Shown: one piece after another, positions 1 to 8,568 of the stretch
Numbering within the stretch: the stretch's first letter is position 1
Layout: each line of letters opens with the position of its first letter
Source of the DNA: Xylanibacter ruminicola 23
Lineage (GTDB): Bacteria > Bacteroidota > Bacteroidia > Bacteroidales > Bacteroidaceae
Direction of reading: 5' to 3'
DNA: 32,000 nt
NCBI RefSeq assembly: GCF_000025925.1
Contig: NC_014033.1
Span: forward strand, 2,040,001 to 2,072,000
Made by a program: the position numbers and the translations under genes
Notes under the pieces: model-generated
What the model was told of the DNA's origin: nothing
What the model saw: only the letters and a program-made list of their open reading frames with translations
Database searches by the model: none

Positions 1-889
1 AGAGATGGGTATCCTCCAGTGCAACAGGTCCCATAAACCCACTGTAATATCGACGTGGGGTATGCTCGTTCTTTACTATAAACTTAAAGGCCTCGCGCTT
101 AGGCAGTCCACACACGGCAGGTGTAGGATGCAAGGCCTGTAACAAATCGCCAATTTTATTGTTGTCGGCCAACTTAAAGGTAAAGTCGCTACGCAGGTGT
201 ACCAGGTTAGCGGCTCGTACAGTGCGAGGACCCTCCTCACGGAAATCACCCGTAAACAGCTCCAGGCACTCGGTGATATAGGTGGCCACAATGCGCTGCT
301 CCTGAATATTCTTGGTACTCCAGGTAAGTGTTTCGCCTTCGCCATCCAGCTGGTCGCCCTCCAGTTTCATGGTTCCTGCCAAGGCGATGGTTCGCCAATC
401 GGCACCATGCCCATCCAGCAGGATCTCTGGGGTAGCAGTTAACCAGCACCCACTCTTCTCAGTATCCACCAGTGCGATGAACAGACGGGGGTAAAGCTGG
501 CAGGCACGATAGAACAGGTCGATAGGTTTTACACCATTGGGCATCTGCTCATCGGCACAGCGTGCCAACACTATCTTGCGGAACTTATCTGCCTCTAACT
601 GCGAGTGATAGTTAGCAAAGTCAACCTTATAATAATTCGACATATCGCTTGGCAACCTGTTTTTTCCATCATCAGCAGTTAGTTGCTCGTTGCTCAAAGC
701 AATCATCTCTGTTTTTCCTTGTATCAAAACCACGGGCTGGTCGGCCTTCACCTCGAAGGGGGCCACTACAAAACCCTGTTTACCATTCAACTCTGTCAGC
801 GAATGCAATTCCATGGGCTCACCCACCGATTGGGTAATCAGTGTGGCGTGGTCTTCATGGGGTAATCTGTAAATAGCGTATGCTGACAT
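1..889 (-). CDS. menF: isochorismate synthase, N-terminal 296 codons (gene runs off the window start)
   Basis: Not in the ORF track because it has no stop in the window. I hand-translated the minus frame from ATG 889-887 down to nt 2 and found no stop in 296 codons (MSAYAIYRLPHEDHATLITQSVGEPMELHS...LQALHPTPAVCGLPKREAFKFIVKNEHTPRRYYSGFMGPVALEDTHL). The LHPTPAVCG and R-x-YY-x-G motifs are typical of MenF/EntC-type chorismate-utilising enzymes. The start overlaps the upstream stop as TAATG. Confidence 0.85.
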   Translation of the reverse strand, partial: MSAYAIYRLPHEDHATLITQSVGEPMELHSLTELNGKQGFVVAPFEVKADQPVVLIQGKTEMIALSNEQLTADDGKNRLPSDMSNYYKVDFANYHSQLEADKFRKIVLARCADEQMPNGVKPIDLFYRACQLYPRLFIALVDTEKSGCWLTATPEILLDGHGADWRTIALAGTMKLEGDQLDGEGETLTWSTKNIQEQRIVATYITECLELFTGDFREEGPRTVRAANLVHLRSDFTFKLADNNKIGDLLQALHPTPAVCGLPKREAFKFIVKNEHTPRRYYSGFMGPVALEDTHL

Positions 890-1302
890 TATTTCTTCTG
901 CTTAATAACATAGTTAGTAACTCGCACATTTGATATCAGATCGCCTGCCGTGTCCTTGATATCCACATTCCACACATGCAGCGTCTTTCCCTTGTGCAAC
1001 ATCTTTGCGAAGGCAGTTACCGTGTCGCCTTCAACCACAGCTTTCACATGACTCCCAGTAACCTCGATGCCCACACAGGCGCATCCAGGACAGAGAGCCG
1101 ACGATGCCACCCCGGCCACATTCTCGGCCAGAGCCAACGAAGCGCCACCACTCAAAAAGCCGAATGGCTGGCGATTTCGCTCATCAACTTTCATTTTCGC
1201 CAAACAAGTATCAACCTCGGGAGTAGAAATAAATTCCATCCCGAGGGCTGTACTTAAATTCGGCTTTGCGTTAATAATCTCTACTATCTTCTCTACGTTC
1301 AC
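889..1302 (-). CDS. PaaI/YdiI-type hotdog-fold thioesterase, likely 1,4-dihydroxy-2-naphthoyl-CoA thioesterase
   Basis: 137-aa ORF with a GTG start (cac at 1300-1302). The QPFGFLSGGASLALAENVAG block resembles the YdiI/EntH/PaaI QPFGxLHGGAS motif. It is translationally coupled (TAATG) to menF. Confidence 0.8.
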   Translation of the reverse strand: MNVEKIVEIINAKPNLSTALGMEFISTPEVDTCLAKMKVDERNRQPFGFLSGGASLALAENVAGVASSALCPGCACVGIEVTGSHVKAVVEGDTVTAFAKMLHKGKTLHVWNVDIKDTAGDLISNVRVTNYVIKQKK

Positions 1303-1306
1303 TCTG

Positions 1307-1346
1307 AATTTTTTAATTCTTAAATTTTTGAATTTTTACATTTTAT
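1307..1346. repeat. tandem 8-bp AT-rich repeat (AATTTTTN x4-5) filling the ROK1-thioesterase spacer
   Basis: AATT recurs at 1307, 1315, 1323 and 1331 (period 8): AATTTTTT AATTCTTA AATTTTTG AATTTTTA CATTTTAT. Confidence 0.45.
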
Positions 1347-2323
1347 TTAAACAGCGAGTACTCTGGTACACTCCAGGCCAGGGCACTGGCACCAAGCACA
1401 TCGCGTTCTCTATCTTCAAGTTTCGAAACAAGCATCTTAACCTTGCCTCGCAAATTGCCAAACACATGCTCCTCGAACGACTTGCACGTTGGGTCTAACA
1501 ACCACTTGCCAGCATGCGAGATACCACCTGTAAGGATGATAGCCTCAGGATCCACAAGCGATGCGTAGTTGGCTAATCCCAGACCTAACATCTCACCTGT
1601 ACGACGGTACACCTCGATAGCCATCTCGTCGCCCTGGTCGCAGCACTCCTTGATGGTACGTGGTGATAGCTTCTCAAGATTACGCATGATTGTAGGCGCC
1701 TCACTCTCAGCCATCAGTTCCTTGGCGGTATTGATAATACCAGCAGCACCGACATACGACTCCAAGCAGCCAGTATGACCACAACCACAAGCACGACCGT
1801 TCTTCACGACACAGGTGTGACCAAACTCACCGGCATAGCCATTATGTCCGATATGGTCGTCGCCTGCCGTGAAGAAACAGCTGCCTATACCCACACCCAG
1901 ACTGAGAATAATGAAATTCTTCATACCATGGGCACAACCAAAGGTATACTCGCCAAGAGCCGATACGTGGGCATCGTTCGACAAACCTACAGCCAATCCA
2001 ATGCGGTCGCGCAGCATAGCACTCAGAGGTACGATACCTTTCCAAGGCAGGTTGGCTGCGTTCTCGATACAGCCCGAAACCGAGCTGGCACTGGGCGAAC
2101 TAACACCAATGGAACGAATGGTTTCGTAACCGCCATTAGCCTCAACCAGATTCACAATCTTATCGCTCAAGGCAGTCACAAAGTTGTTCACATCCGAATA
2201 GCCGCATGTAAGGAACGATTCCTCGGCAATAATATTACCGCGGATATCCACAATGGCATAGGTGGTCAGTTCATTACTGATGTCGACACCTACAACTTTC
2301 GTTTTAATCTTATACTCCTCCAT
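1343..2323 (-). CDS. ROK-family protein, paralog 1 (sugar-kinase-like, no HTH domain)
   Basis: 326-aa ORF with ROK signatures NDAHVSALGE, GYAGEFGH and the zinc motif CGCGHTGCLE. Too short for an N-terminal DNA-binding domain. Confidence 0.9.
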   Translation of the reverse strand: MEEYKIKTKVVGVDISNELTTYAIVDIRGNIIAEESFLTCGYSDVNNFVTALSDKIVNLVEANGGYETIRSIGVSSPSASSVSGCIENAANLPWKGIVPLSAMLRDRIGLAVGLSNDAHVSALGEYTFGCAHGMKNFIILSLGVGIGSCFFTAGDDHIGHNGYAGEFGHTCVVKNGRACGCGHTGCLESYVGAAGIINTAKELMAESEAPTIMRNLEKLSPRTIKECCDQGDEMAIEVYRRTGEMLGLGLANYASLVDPEAIILTGGISHAGKWLLDPTCKSFEEHVFGNLRGKVKMLVSKLEDRERDVLGASALAWSVPEYSLFK

Positions 2324-2340
2324 AGATATAGGTCTAGTTA

Positions 2341-3339
2341 TTATTTAAACAACGAATATTCCTTCACATCCCATGCCAGAGCGCTGGCGCCAAGCACATC
2401 ACGCTCACCTTCCTTGAGAATCGACACCAGGATACGGGTCTTATTCTTGATGTTATGGAAAACGTGCTCCTCGAACGAGGCACGCATGGGTTTCAACAGC
2501 CACTTACCTGCCTGCGTCATATCGCCTGTCAGGATAATAGCCTCAGGGTTCAACACTGATGCATAGTTGGCCATACCCAATCCCAATATCTCTCCAGTCT
2601 TACGGAATACCTCGATGGCCACTTTATCACCTTTATAACAACAGTCAGCAATCGTCTTGATGCTCAGCTCCTGCTGCTCACTCAGCAATGTGGGTTCCTT
2701 ACTGGCAGCAATCAGCTCTTCGGCAGTCTTAATCAAGCCCTTCTCCGAGCAATAAGCCTCCAAACAGCCTTTGTTACCACAACCACACTGCCTGCCGTTC
2801 AACTCTACACAAGTATGACCCAGTTCGCCAGCAAAGCCATTAAAGCCCAGATGGGGCTGACCGTTTGAGAAGAAACAGCTACCCAGTCCGCCATGACTGA
2901 TTGAGATCACTACAAAGTCCTTCATGCCATGCGCACTTCCGTACGATTTCTCGCTGAGCGCTGTAATATGAGCATCGTTAGCCACTGCCACAGCCAGTCC
3001 TAACTGGTCTCTCAGCATTGCTCCCAGAGGTATCACACCCTTCCAAGGCAGATTGGCCGCATTCTCAATGCAACCTGTTACCGCACTGGCACTAGGCGCA
3101 CTCACACCTACCGAGCGGATGGTTTCGTAACCACCGTTCTCCTCAACCAGCGCAACCACGCGCTCGCAAAGGGCCGCTACGTATTCATTAATATCAGTAT
3201 AGTCGGAAGTCAGGAAATAATCCTGTGCCACAATCTCACCTCTGATATCTACCACAGCAAAAGTGGTACGATCCACACGGATATCGATTCCTACTACACG
3301 TGTTTTAATCTGGTCGATGCTCTCGTCTTTCTTCTCCAT
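2341..3339 (-). CDS. ROK-family protein, paralog 2
   Basis: 332-aa ORF that aligns end to end with paralog 1. Carries NDAHITALSE, GFAGELGH and CGCGNKGCLE. It lies 17 bp upstream of paralog 1. Confidence 0.9.
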   Translation of the reverse strand: MEKKDESIDQIKTRVVGIDIRVDRTTFAVVDIRGEIVAQDYFLTSDYTDINEYVAALCERVVALVEENGGYETIRSVGVSAPSASAVTGCIENAANLPWKGVIPLGAMLRDQLGLAVAVANDAHITALSEKSYGSAHGMKDFVVISISHGGLGSCFFSNGQPHLGFNGFAGELGHTCVELNGRQCGCGNKGCLEAYCSEKGLIKTAEELIAASKEPTLLSEQQELSIKTIADCCYKGDKVAIEVFRKTGEILGLGMANYASVLNPEAIILTGDMTQAGKWLLKPMRASFEEHVFHNIKNKTRILVSILKEGERDVLGASALAWDVKEYSLFK

Positions 3340-3351
3340 AACTATTCTCTG

Positions 3352-4332
3352 TTATTTAAACAACGAATATTCTCTTACTTCCCATGCCAAGGCACTGGCG
3401 CCTAACATGTCATTCGAGGACTTGTACTCCTCAGAAATCAGGAACTGGGTTTTGCCATAGGTATTATGGAACACCATTTTATCAAAGGTCTCTCTGGCAG
3501 GTTCAAACAACCATTTACCAGCCTTTGTAAGCCCGCCGGTAAAGATAAAGGCCTCAGGATCTACCAGCGATGCATAGTTGGCCAATCCATATCCCAACAT
3601 CTCACCTGTTCTGCGGTACACTTCGATAGACAGTTCGTCACCCTGATCGCAAAACTCAGCAATCTGCAAGGCCTTCAGATTCTCAACGCCACGCATCAAC
3701 GATGGTGTGGTTGTTTCGTCCAACAGTTCTTTGGCAGTAGCTACGATGCCTTTTTTTGCCACGTAGGCCTCTAAGCAACCTTTGTTACCACAGCTGCACT
3801 GTCTGCCGCCATTTACCACACAAGTATGACCAATCTCACCAGCAAAACCTTCGTTACCTTTATGTATCAAGCCATTCGAAAACATACAGCTACCAATGCC
3901 ACTGCCCATGGTAAGTACCACAAAGTCGCGCATGCCTCTGGCCAGTCCGTAGGTATGCTCACCCAGAGCTCTTACATCTGCATTATTAGCCACAGCCACA
4001 GCGTAGCCAGTACGTTCTCTAAGCAAAGTAGCTAAGGGAATAACGCCTTTCCAAGGCAGGTTAGGTGCATTCTCAATGCTGCCTGTCATGAAGTTGGCGC
4101 TGGGCGCACTGATGCCTACCGAACGAATGCTCTCGTAGCCACCGTTGCGTTCCACCATTTCCATCACGCGCTCACTCAGCACTGATACAAATAGGTTTAT
4201 ATCCGGATAGTCTAATGTCGGGAAGCTGTCCATCACAACCACCTCACCCTTCACGTCAACAATTGCGTAAGAGGTGGCTTCAAGACTGATATCAATCCCG
4301 ATGACCCTTTTCTTGATTGTTTCTTGTTCCAT
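3352..4332 (-). CDS. ROK-family protein, paralog 3
   Basis: The track ORF runs to 4398. I prefer the ATG at 4332 (MEQETIKKRVIGIDIS...), which gives 326 aa like paralog 1 and sits downstream of a TAtaTTTG -7 box at 4357-4364. Carries GFAGEIGH and CSCGNKGCLE. Confidence 0.85.
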   Translation of the reverse strand: MEQETIKKRVIGIDISLEATSYAIVDVKGEVVVMDSFPTLDYPDINLFVSVLSERVMEMVERNGGYESIRSVGISAPSANFMTGSIENAPNLPWKGVIPLATLLRERTGYAVAVANNADVRALGEHTYGLARGMRDFVVLTMGSGIGSCMFSNGLIHKGNEGFAGEIGHTCVVNGGRQCSCGNKGCLEAYVAKKGIVATAKELLDETTTPSLMRGVENLKALQIAEFCDQGDELSIEVYRRTGEMLGYGLANYASLVDPEAFIFTGGLTKAGKWLFEPARETFDKMVFHNTYGKTQFLISEEYKSSNDMLGASALAWEVREYSLFK

Positions 4333-4356
4333 CAAAGTGTTCTCAGTTATCAGCCA

Positions 4357-4364
4357 CAAATATA
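4357..4364 (-). promoter_or_regulatory. Bacteroidota sigma-A -7 box (TAtaTTTG) for the ROK operon
   Basis: The plus strand reads CAAATATA, the reverse complement of TATATTTG. It lies about 25 nt upstream of ATG 4332. Confidence 0.45.
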
Positions 4365-4447
4365 TACTTTTTTTAGAGACTGAGCAAATCTTTCTCACTT
4401 TTTTTGCAAATATTTACTCGAATCTTGCATTTTTCGAGAAATTTCCG

Positions 4448-4455
4448 TAACTTTG
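4448..4455 (+). promoter_or_regulatory. -7 box (TAacTTTG) for lysS
   Basis: TAACTTTGCAGCC lies 34 nt upstream of ATG 4489 and matches the Bacteroides TAnnTTTG consensus. Confidence 0.5.
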
Positions 4456-4488
4456 CAGCCATAAAATTGAAATATTCGAATATTAAAG

Positions 4489-6216
4489 ATGAACATTTTA
4501 GAGTTAAGCGAACAAGAAATCGGAAGGCGTCAGAGCCTTCAGGAACTGCGCTCGATGGGCATCGATCCCTATCCTGCAGCCGAGTTCCCAACAAATGCAT
4601 TCAGCACAGAAATTAAGGAAAGTTTCAAGGACGATGAGGATCGTGAGGTCGTTATCGCAGGTCGTATGATGAGCCGTCGTGTCATGGGTAAGGCATCTTT
4701 TGCCGAGCTTCAGGACTCAAAGGGCCGTATCCAGGTGTACATCACTCGCGATGATATCTGCCCAGGCGAGAACAAGGACCTATATAATAATGTATTCAAG
4801 CGTTTGCTCGATATTGGCGATTTCATCGGTGTTAAGGGTAAGGTTTTCCGCACCCAGACTGGTGAGATTTCTGTACATGCCTCAGAGCTTACACTGCTTT
4901 CAAAGAGCCTTAAGCCACTGCCTATCGTGAAGTACAAGGATGGTGTGGCCTACGATAAGTTTGATGATCCCGAGTTGCGTTATCGCCAGCGTTATGTCGA
5001 CCTGGTAGTTAACGAGGGCGTAAAGGATACCTTCCTGAAGCGTGCAACTATCATTCGCACCATGCGTAGCATTCTCGACAATGCTGGTTATACCGAGGTT
5101 GACACACCTATCCTGCAGAGCATCGCAGGTGGTGCATCAGCCCGTCCATTCATCACCCACTTCAATGCCCTGAATCAGGACATGTACATGCGTATTGCCA
5201 CCGAGCTTTACCTGAAGCGCCTGATTGTAGGTGGTTTCGAGGGTGTTTACGAGATGGGTAAGAACTTCCGTAACGAGGGTATGGACAAGACCCACAACCC
5301 TGAGTTCACCTGCATGGAGCTCTACGTGAGCTATAAGGATCTGCTGTGGGGTATGACCTTCACCGAGAAGATGCTCGAGGAGATCTGTACAGCTGTAAAC
5401 GGCAAGCCCGAGGTTGAGATTGATGGTAAGGTTATCTCATTCAAGGCCCCATTCCGTCGCCTGCCTATCCTCGATGCGATCAAGGAGAAGACAGGTTTCG
5501 ATTGCGATGGCAAGACCGAGGACGAGATTCGTGCATTCTGCCTCTCTAAGGGCATGGATGTAGATGAGACCATGGGTAAGGGTAAGCTGATCGATGAGCT
5601 CTTTGGTGAGTTCTGCGAGAGCACCTTCATCCAGCCTACCTTCATCACCGATTATCCTGTTGAGATGTCACCTCTTACCAAGATGCATCGTTCTAAGCCC
5701 GGTCTCACCGAGCGTTTCGAGCTGATGGTTAATGGTAAGGAGCTGGCCAATGCTTATTCTGAACTCAACGATCCTATCGATCAGGAGGAGCGCTTTATCG
5801 AGCAGATGAAGTTAGCTGATAAGGGCGACGACGAGGCTATGATCATCGACCACGACTTCCTGCGTGCCCTCCAGTACGGTATGCCTCCTACATTCGGTAT
5901 TGGTATCGGTATCGACCGTCTGGTGATGCTGATGACTGGTAAGTTTGCTATTGGCGAGGTAATGCTGTTCCCACAGATGAAGCCTGAGAAGAAGATTCCT
6001 CAGTCATCTGTAGCAGAGTGGGCCGAGATTGGTGTACCCGAGGATATCGTTCCAGTACTCCGCAAGGCTGGTTTCAACCTGATCACCAACATTAAGGACG
6101 AGAAGCCCCAGGGGCTGCAGCAGAAGATTGGTGAGATCTTCAAGAAGTACAAGCTCGAACTCCAGAAGCCTTCAGTTGATGAAGTAGCCGCCTGGATCGA
6201 AAAGGCCAACGTTTAA
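4489..6216 (+). CDS. lysS: lysine--tRNA ligase (class II)
   Basis: 575-aa ORF with an OB-fold N-terminal region, class-II core blocks (FRNEG, GIGIGIDRLVML) and a 76-aa C-terminal tail. Confidence 0.97.
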   Translation: MNILELSEQEIGRRQSLQELRSMGIDPYPAAEFPTNAFSTEIKESFKDDEDREVVIAGRMMSRRVMGKASFAELQDSKGRIQVYITRDDICPGENKDLYNNVFKRLLDIGDFIGVKGKVFRTQTGEISVHASELTLLSKSLKPLPIVKYKDGVAYDKFDDPELRYRQRYVDLVVNEGVKDTFLKRATIIRTMRSILDNAGYTEVDTPILQSIAGGASARPFITHFNALNQDMYMRIATELYLKRLIVGGFEGVYEMGKNFRNEGMDKTHNPEFTCMELYVSYKDLLWGMTFTEKMLEEICTAVNGKPEVEIDGKVISFKAPFRRLPILDAIKEKTGFDCDGKTEDEIRAFCLSKGMDVDETMGKGKLIDELFGEFCESTFIQPTFITDYPVEMSPLTKMHRSKPGLTERFELMVNGKELANAYSELNDPIDQEERFIEQMKLADKGDDEAMIIDHDFLRALQYGMPPTFGIGIGIDRLVMLMTGKFAIGEVMLFPQMKPEKKIPQSSVAEWAEIGVPEDIVPVLRKAGFNLITNIKDEKPQGLQQKIGEIFKKYKLELQKPSVDEVAAWIEKANV

Positions 6217-6238
6217 TGTTTAATGTTTAACGTTTAAT
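6211..6238. repeat. tandem heptamer array GTTTAAT x4 (one GTTTAAC) at the lysS-gpsA junction
   Basis: GTTTAAT GTTTAAT GTTTAAC GTTTAAT. The lysS stop TAA (6214-6216) is part of the first unit. Confidence 0.75.
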
Positions 6239-6244
6239 GTACTG

Positions 6245-7240
6245 ATGTACGATTGTGGTAAGATAGCAATTATCGGAGGTGGCAGCTGGGCAACAGCTAT
6301 TGCCAAGATTGTGGTAAGTCATACACACCATATAGGTTGGTATATGCGTCGCGACGACCGTATCGAGGATTTCCGTCGCATGGGGCATAACCCCGCCTAC
6401 CTCACCAGTGTACACTTCAATATCGATGAGATCAACTTCGATAGCGATTTGAATCGTATTGCGCAGCAGTACGACACGCTGGTGTTTGTCACCCCTTCGC
6501 CTTACCTCAAGAGTCATCTTAAGAAGTTGAAGACGCGTATTCGCGACAAATTCATACTTACCGCTATTAAGGGTATCGTACCTGATGAAAATCTCGTATG
6601 TAGCGAGTATTTTCATCAGGTTTACGACGTACCTTACGAGAATCTCGCTTGCATCGGTGGTCCTTCTCATGCCGAGGAGGTGGCACTCGAGCGTCTCAGC
6701 TACCTCACCGTAGGTTGTGCCGACCGTGAGAAAGCCCAGGCCTTCTGCGATGTATTATCAAGCGAGTATATCAAAACCAAGACCTCTACCGATGTGGTTG
6801 GTATCGAGTATTCTTCTGTTCTGAAGAATGTGTATGCCATTGCCGCAGGTATCTGCAGCGGCCTGAAATATGGCGATAACTTCCAGTCGGTACTCATGGC
6901 CAATGCCGTGCAGGAGATGAATCGTTTCCTCACAGCTGTTTATCCTTTGGATCGCAATGCTTACGACAGCGTTTATCTGGGCGATTTGCTGGTTACGGGT
7001 TATAGCAACTTCAGTCGTAACCGCACCTTCGGTACCATGATTGGTAAGGGCTACAGCGTGAAGTCGGCCCAGATCGAGATGGAGATGATTGCCGAGGGTT
7101 ACTTCGGTACCAAGTGTATGAAGGAGATCAATCGCCACTGTCACGTAAACATGCCTATCCTCGATGCCGTGTATAACATCCTATACGAACGCATCGCTCC
7201 CCAAATCGAGATTAAACTTCTTACCGATTCATTCCGCTAA
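6245..7240 (+). CDS. gpsA: NAD(P)H-dependent glycerol-3-phosphate dehydrogenase
   Basis: 331-aa ORF with an N-terminal IAIIGGGSWATA Rossmann motif and overall GpsA-like sequence. Confidence 0.93.
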   Translation: MYDCGKIAIIGGGSWATAIAKIVVSHTHHIGWYMRRDDRIEDFRRMGHNPAYLTSVHFNIDEINFDSDLNRIAQQYDTLVFVTPSPYLKSHLKKLKTRIRDKFILTAIKGIVPDENLVCSEYFHQVYDVPYENLACIGGPSHAEEVALERLSYLTVGCADREKAQAFCDVLSSEYIKTKTSTDVVGIEYSSVLKNVYAIAAGICSGLKYGDNFQSVLMANAVQEMNRFLTAVYPLDRNAYDSVYLGDLLVTGYSNFSRNRTFGTMIGKGYSVKSAQIEMEMIAEGYFGTKCMKEINRHCHVNMPILDAVYNILYERIAPQIEIKLLTDSFR

Positions 7241-7242
7241 TA

Positions 7243-8004
7243 ATGACAGCCAAAGAAGTTATCAACCATATGGAATCGCTGCGCAACGATGCCCAGCGAC
7301 GCATCCTGATGGGCTTCTTCAAGACTGGTCCTGGCGAATATGGCGAGGGTGACGAATTCCTTGGCCTGAAGGTTCCTCAGACACGCGAGGTGGTTAAGCT
7401 TGTGGGGAAAGATTTCCCATTGAACGAAATCCCCGAACTCCTGATGTGTCGCTGGCACGAGGTACGCCTTTGTGGACTGCTGATATTAGTATCTAAGTTC
7501 GAAAAACTGGCCACCAAACGTCTTGAAAACGATAAGAAAGCCATTAGCGCTCGCGACGAGATACTCACCCTTTATCTGCAATATGCCGAACAAGCCAACA
7601 ATTGGGATCTGGTAGATCTTTCTGTCCACAAAATCCTGGGTCACTGGCTCCTGTTGCCCTCCAACTTAGGCGATAAAGATTACAAACTCAAGGTTCTCGA
7701 CTCCTTGGCCCAAAGCCCCTGCCTGTGGAAACAGCGCATGAGTATGGTCTGTTCATGGAAAACATCACAGATGGGCGATCCCACTTGGTGCCTGCGCTAT
7801 GCCGAAATCCATCTGCATCACCCTCACGACCTGATGCACAAGGCCGTAGGTTGGATGCTACGCGAAATGGGTAAACGTGTTAGCGAAGAACTCTTACGCG
7901 ATTTCCTCCGCCAACACGCCCACGAAATGCCCCGCACCATGCTCCGCTACGCCATCGAGAAACTCCCCGCCCCCGAGCGCCAGTATTGGATGGGCATTAA
8001 ATAA
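7243..8004 (+). CDS. DNA alkylation repair protein (AlkD-like HEAT-repeat family)
   Basis: 253-aa ORF starting 2 nt after the gpsA stop. The N-terminus (...RRILMGFFKTGPGEYGEGDEFLGLKVPQTR...) matches my recollection of the DNA_alkylation family pattern. No search was possible. Confidence 0.75.
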   Translation: MTAKEVINHMESLRNDAQRRILMGFFKTGPGEYGEGDEFLGLKVPQTREVVKLVGKDFPLNEIPELLMCRWHEVRLCGLLILVSKFEKLATKRLENDKKAISARDEILTLYLQYAEQANNWDLVDLSVHKILGHWLLLPSNLGDKDYKLKVLDSLAQSPCLWKQRMSMVCSWKTSQMGDPTWCLRYAEIHLHHPHDLMHKAVGWMLREMGKRVSEELLRDFLRQHAHEMPRTMLRYAIEKLPAPERQYWMGIK

Positions 8005-8006
8005 GT

Positions 8007-8558
8007 TCACACAATCTTCAAGAAAGCCTCAACCTGATTCTTTAGTGCTACTTTCTGTTCATCGCTAAGAATCATACGTCCTTCAGTCCAGGCCTCAACA
8101 TTCAGAGCGATGCCTGTCTGAGGCTCCATCACATCGGCCTTCAGAAAAGTAAGCAATTCCGTTAGTTTCTCACGACATTTGGCTGTAGCCATCTTGCCGC
8201 CTGCACCACTCAGCGCCACCTTTTTGCCATTAATAACAGTAGGTGTTTCATAATCGTTAGCTACCACTGGACGCGACAACCAGTCAAACAGGTTCTTTAC
8301 ATGACCAGGATAACTGAAGTTATACTCGGGCGTAAACACCCAGATGCCATCTGCCTCTTTCACCGTAGCACGCAGTCGACCTACAGCCTCAGGCTCAGGA
8401 AACTCAATATCCTGATTAATCAGCGGTACATTTGTATAGTCCAAATAAGTAACTTTGGCGCGTAAGCCAATCATCTGCTCAGCCTCGCGGGCTAACTGTC
8501 GGTTAAAGGAGCCTTCCCTCAGCGATCCTACGATAAAAAGAATTCTTTTCATAACCAT
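8007..8558 (-). CDS. NADPH-dependent FMN reductase family protein
   Basis: 183-aa ORF with an MKRILFIVGSLREGSFNRQLA flavodoxin-like N-terminus. The start could be 8558 or 8552. Confidence 0.8.
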   Translation of the reverse strand: MVMKRILFIVGSLREGSFNRQLAREAEQMIGLRAKVTYLDYTNVPLINQDIEFPEPEAVGRLRATVKEADGIWVFTPEYNFSYPGHVKNLFDWLSRPVVANDYETPTVINGKKVALSGAGGKMATAKCREKLTELLTFLKADVMEPQTGIALNVEAWTEGRMILSDEQKVALKNQVEAFLKIV

Positions 8559-8568
8559 AAGTTTTTAG

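Noticed and set aside
1775-2566. 263-aa plus-strand ORF spanning the ROK1/ROK2 junction.
   Set aside because: It is antisense to two well-supported ROK genes and crosses their intergenic spacer. Its composition is low-complexity (T/R/H-rich) with no recognisable motifs. This is a typical shadow ORF.
4333-4398. 22-codon N-terminal extension of ROK paralog 3 in the ORF track.
   Set aside because: The extension contains the putative -7 promoter box (4357-4364). It has no counterpart in paralogs 1 and 2, and the internal ATG at 4332 restores the 326-aa length.
5986-6213. 76-aa C-terminal extension on LysRS relative to the roughly 505-aa E. coli enzyme.
   Set aside because: To my knowledge LysRS of about 575 aa with this kind of tail is the usual form in Bacteroidota. 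It is lineage-typical rather than novel.
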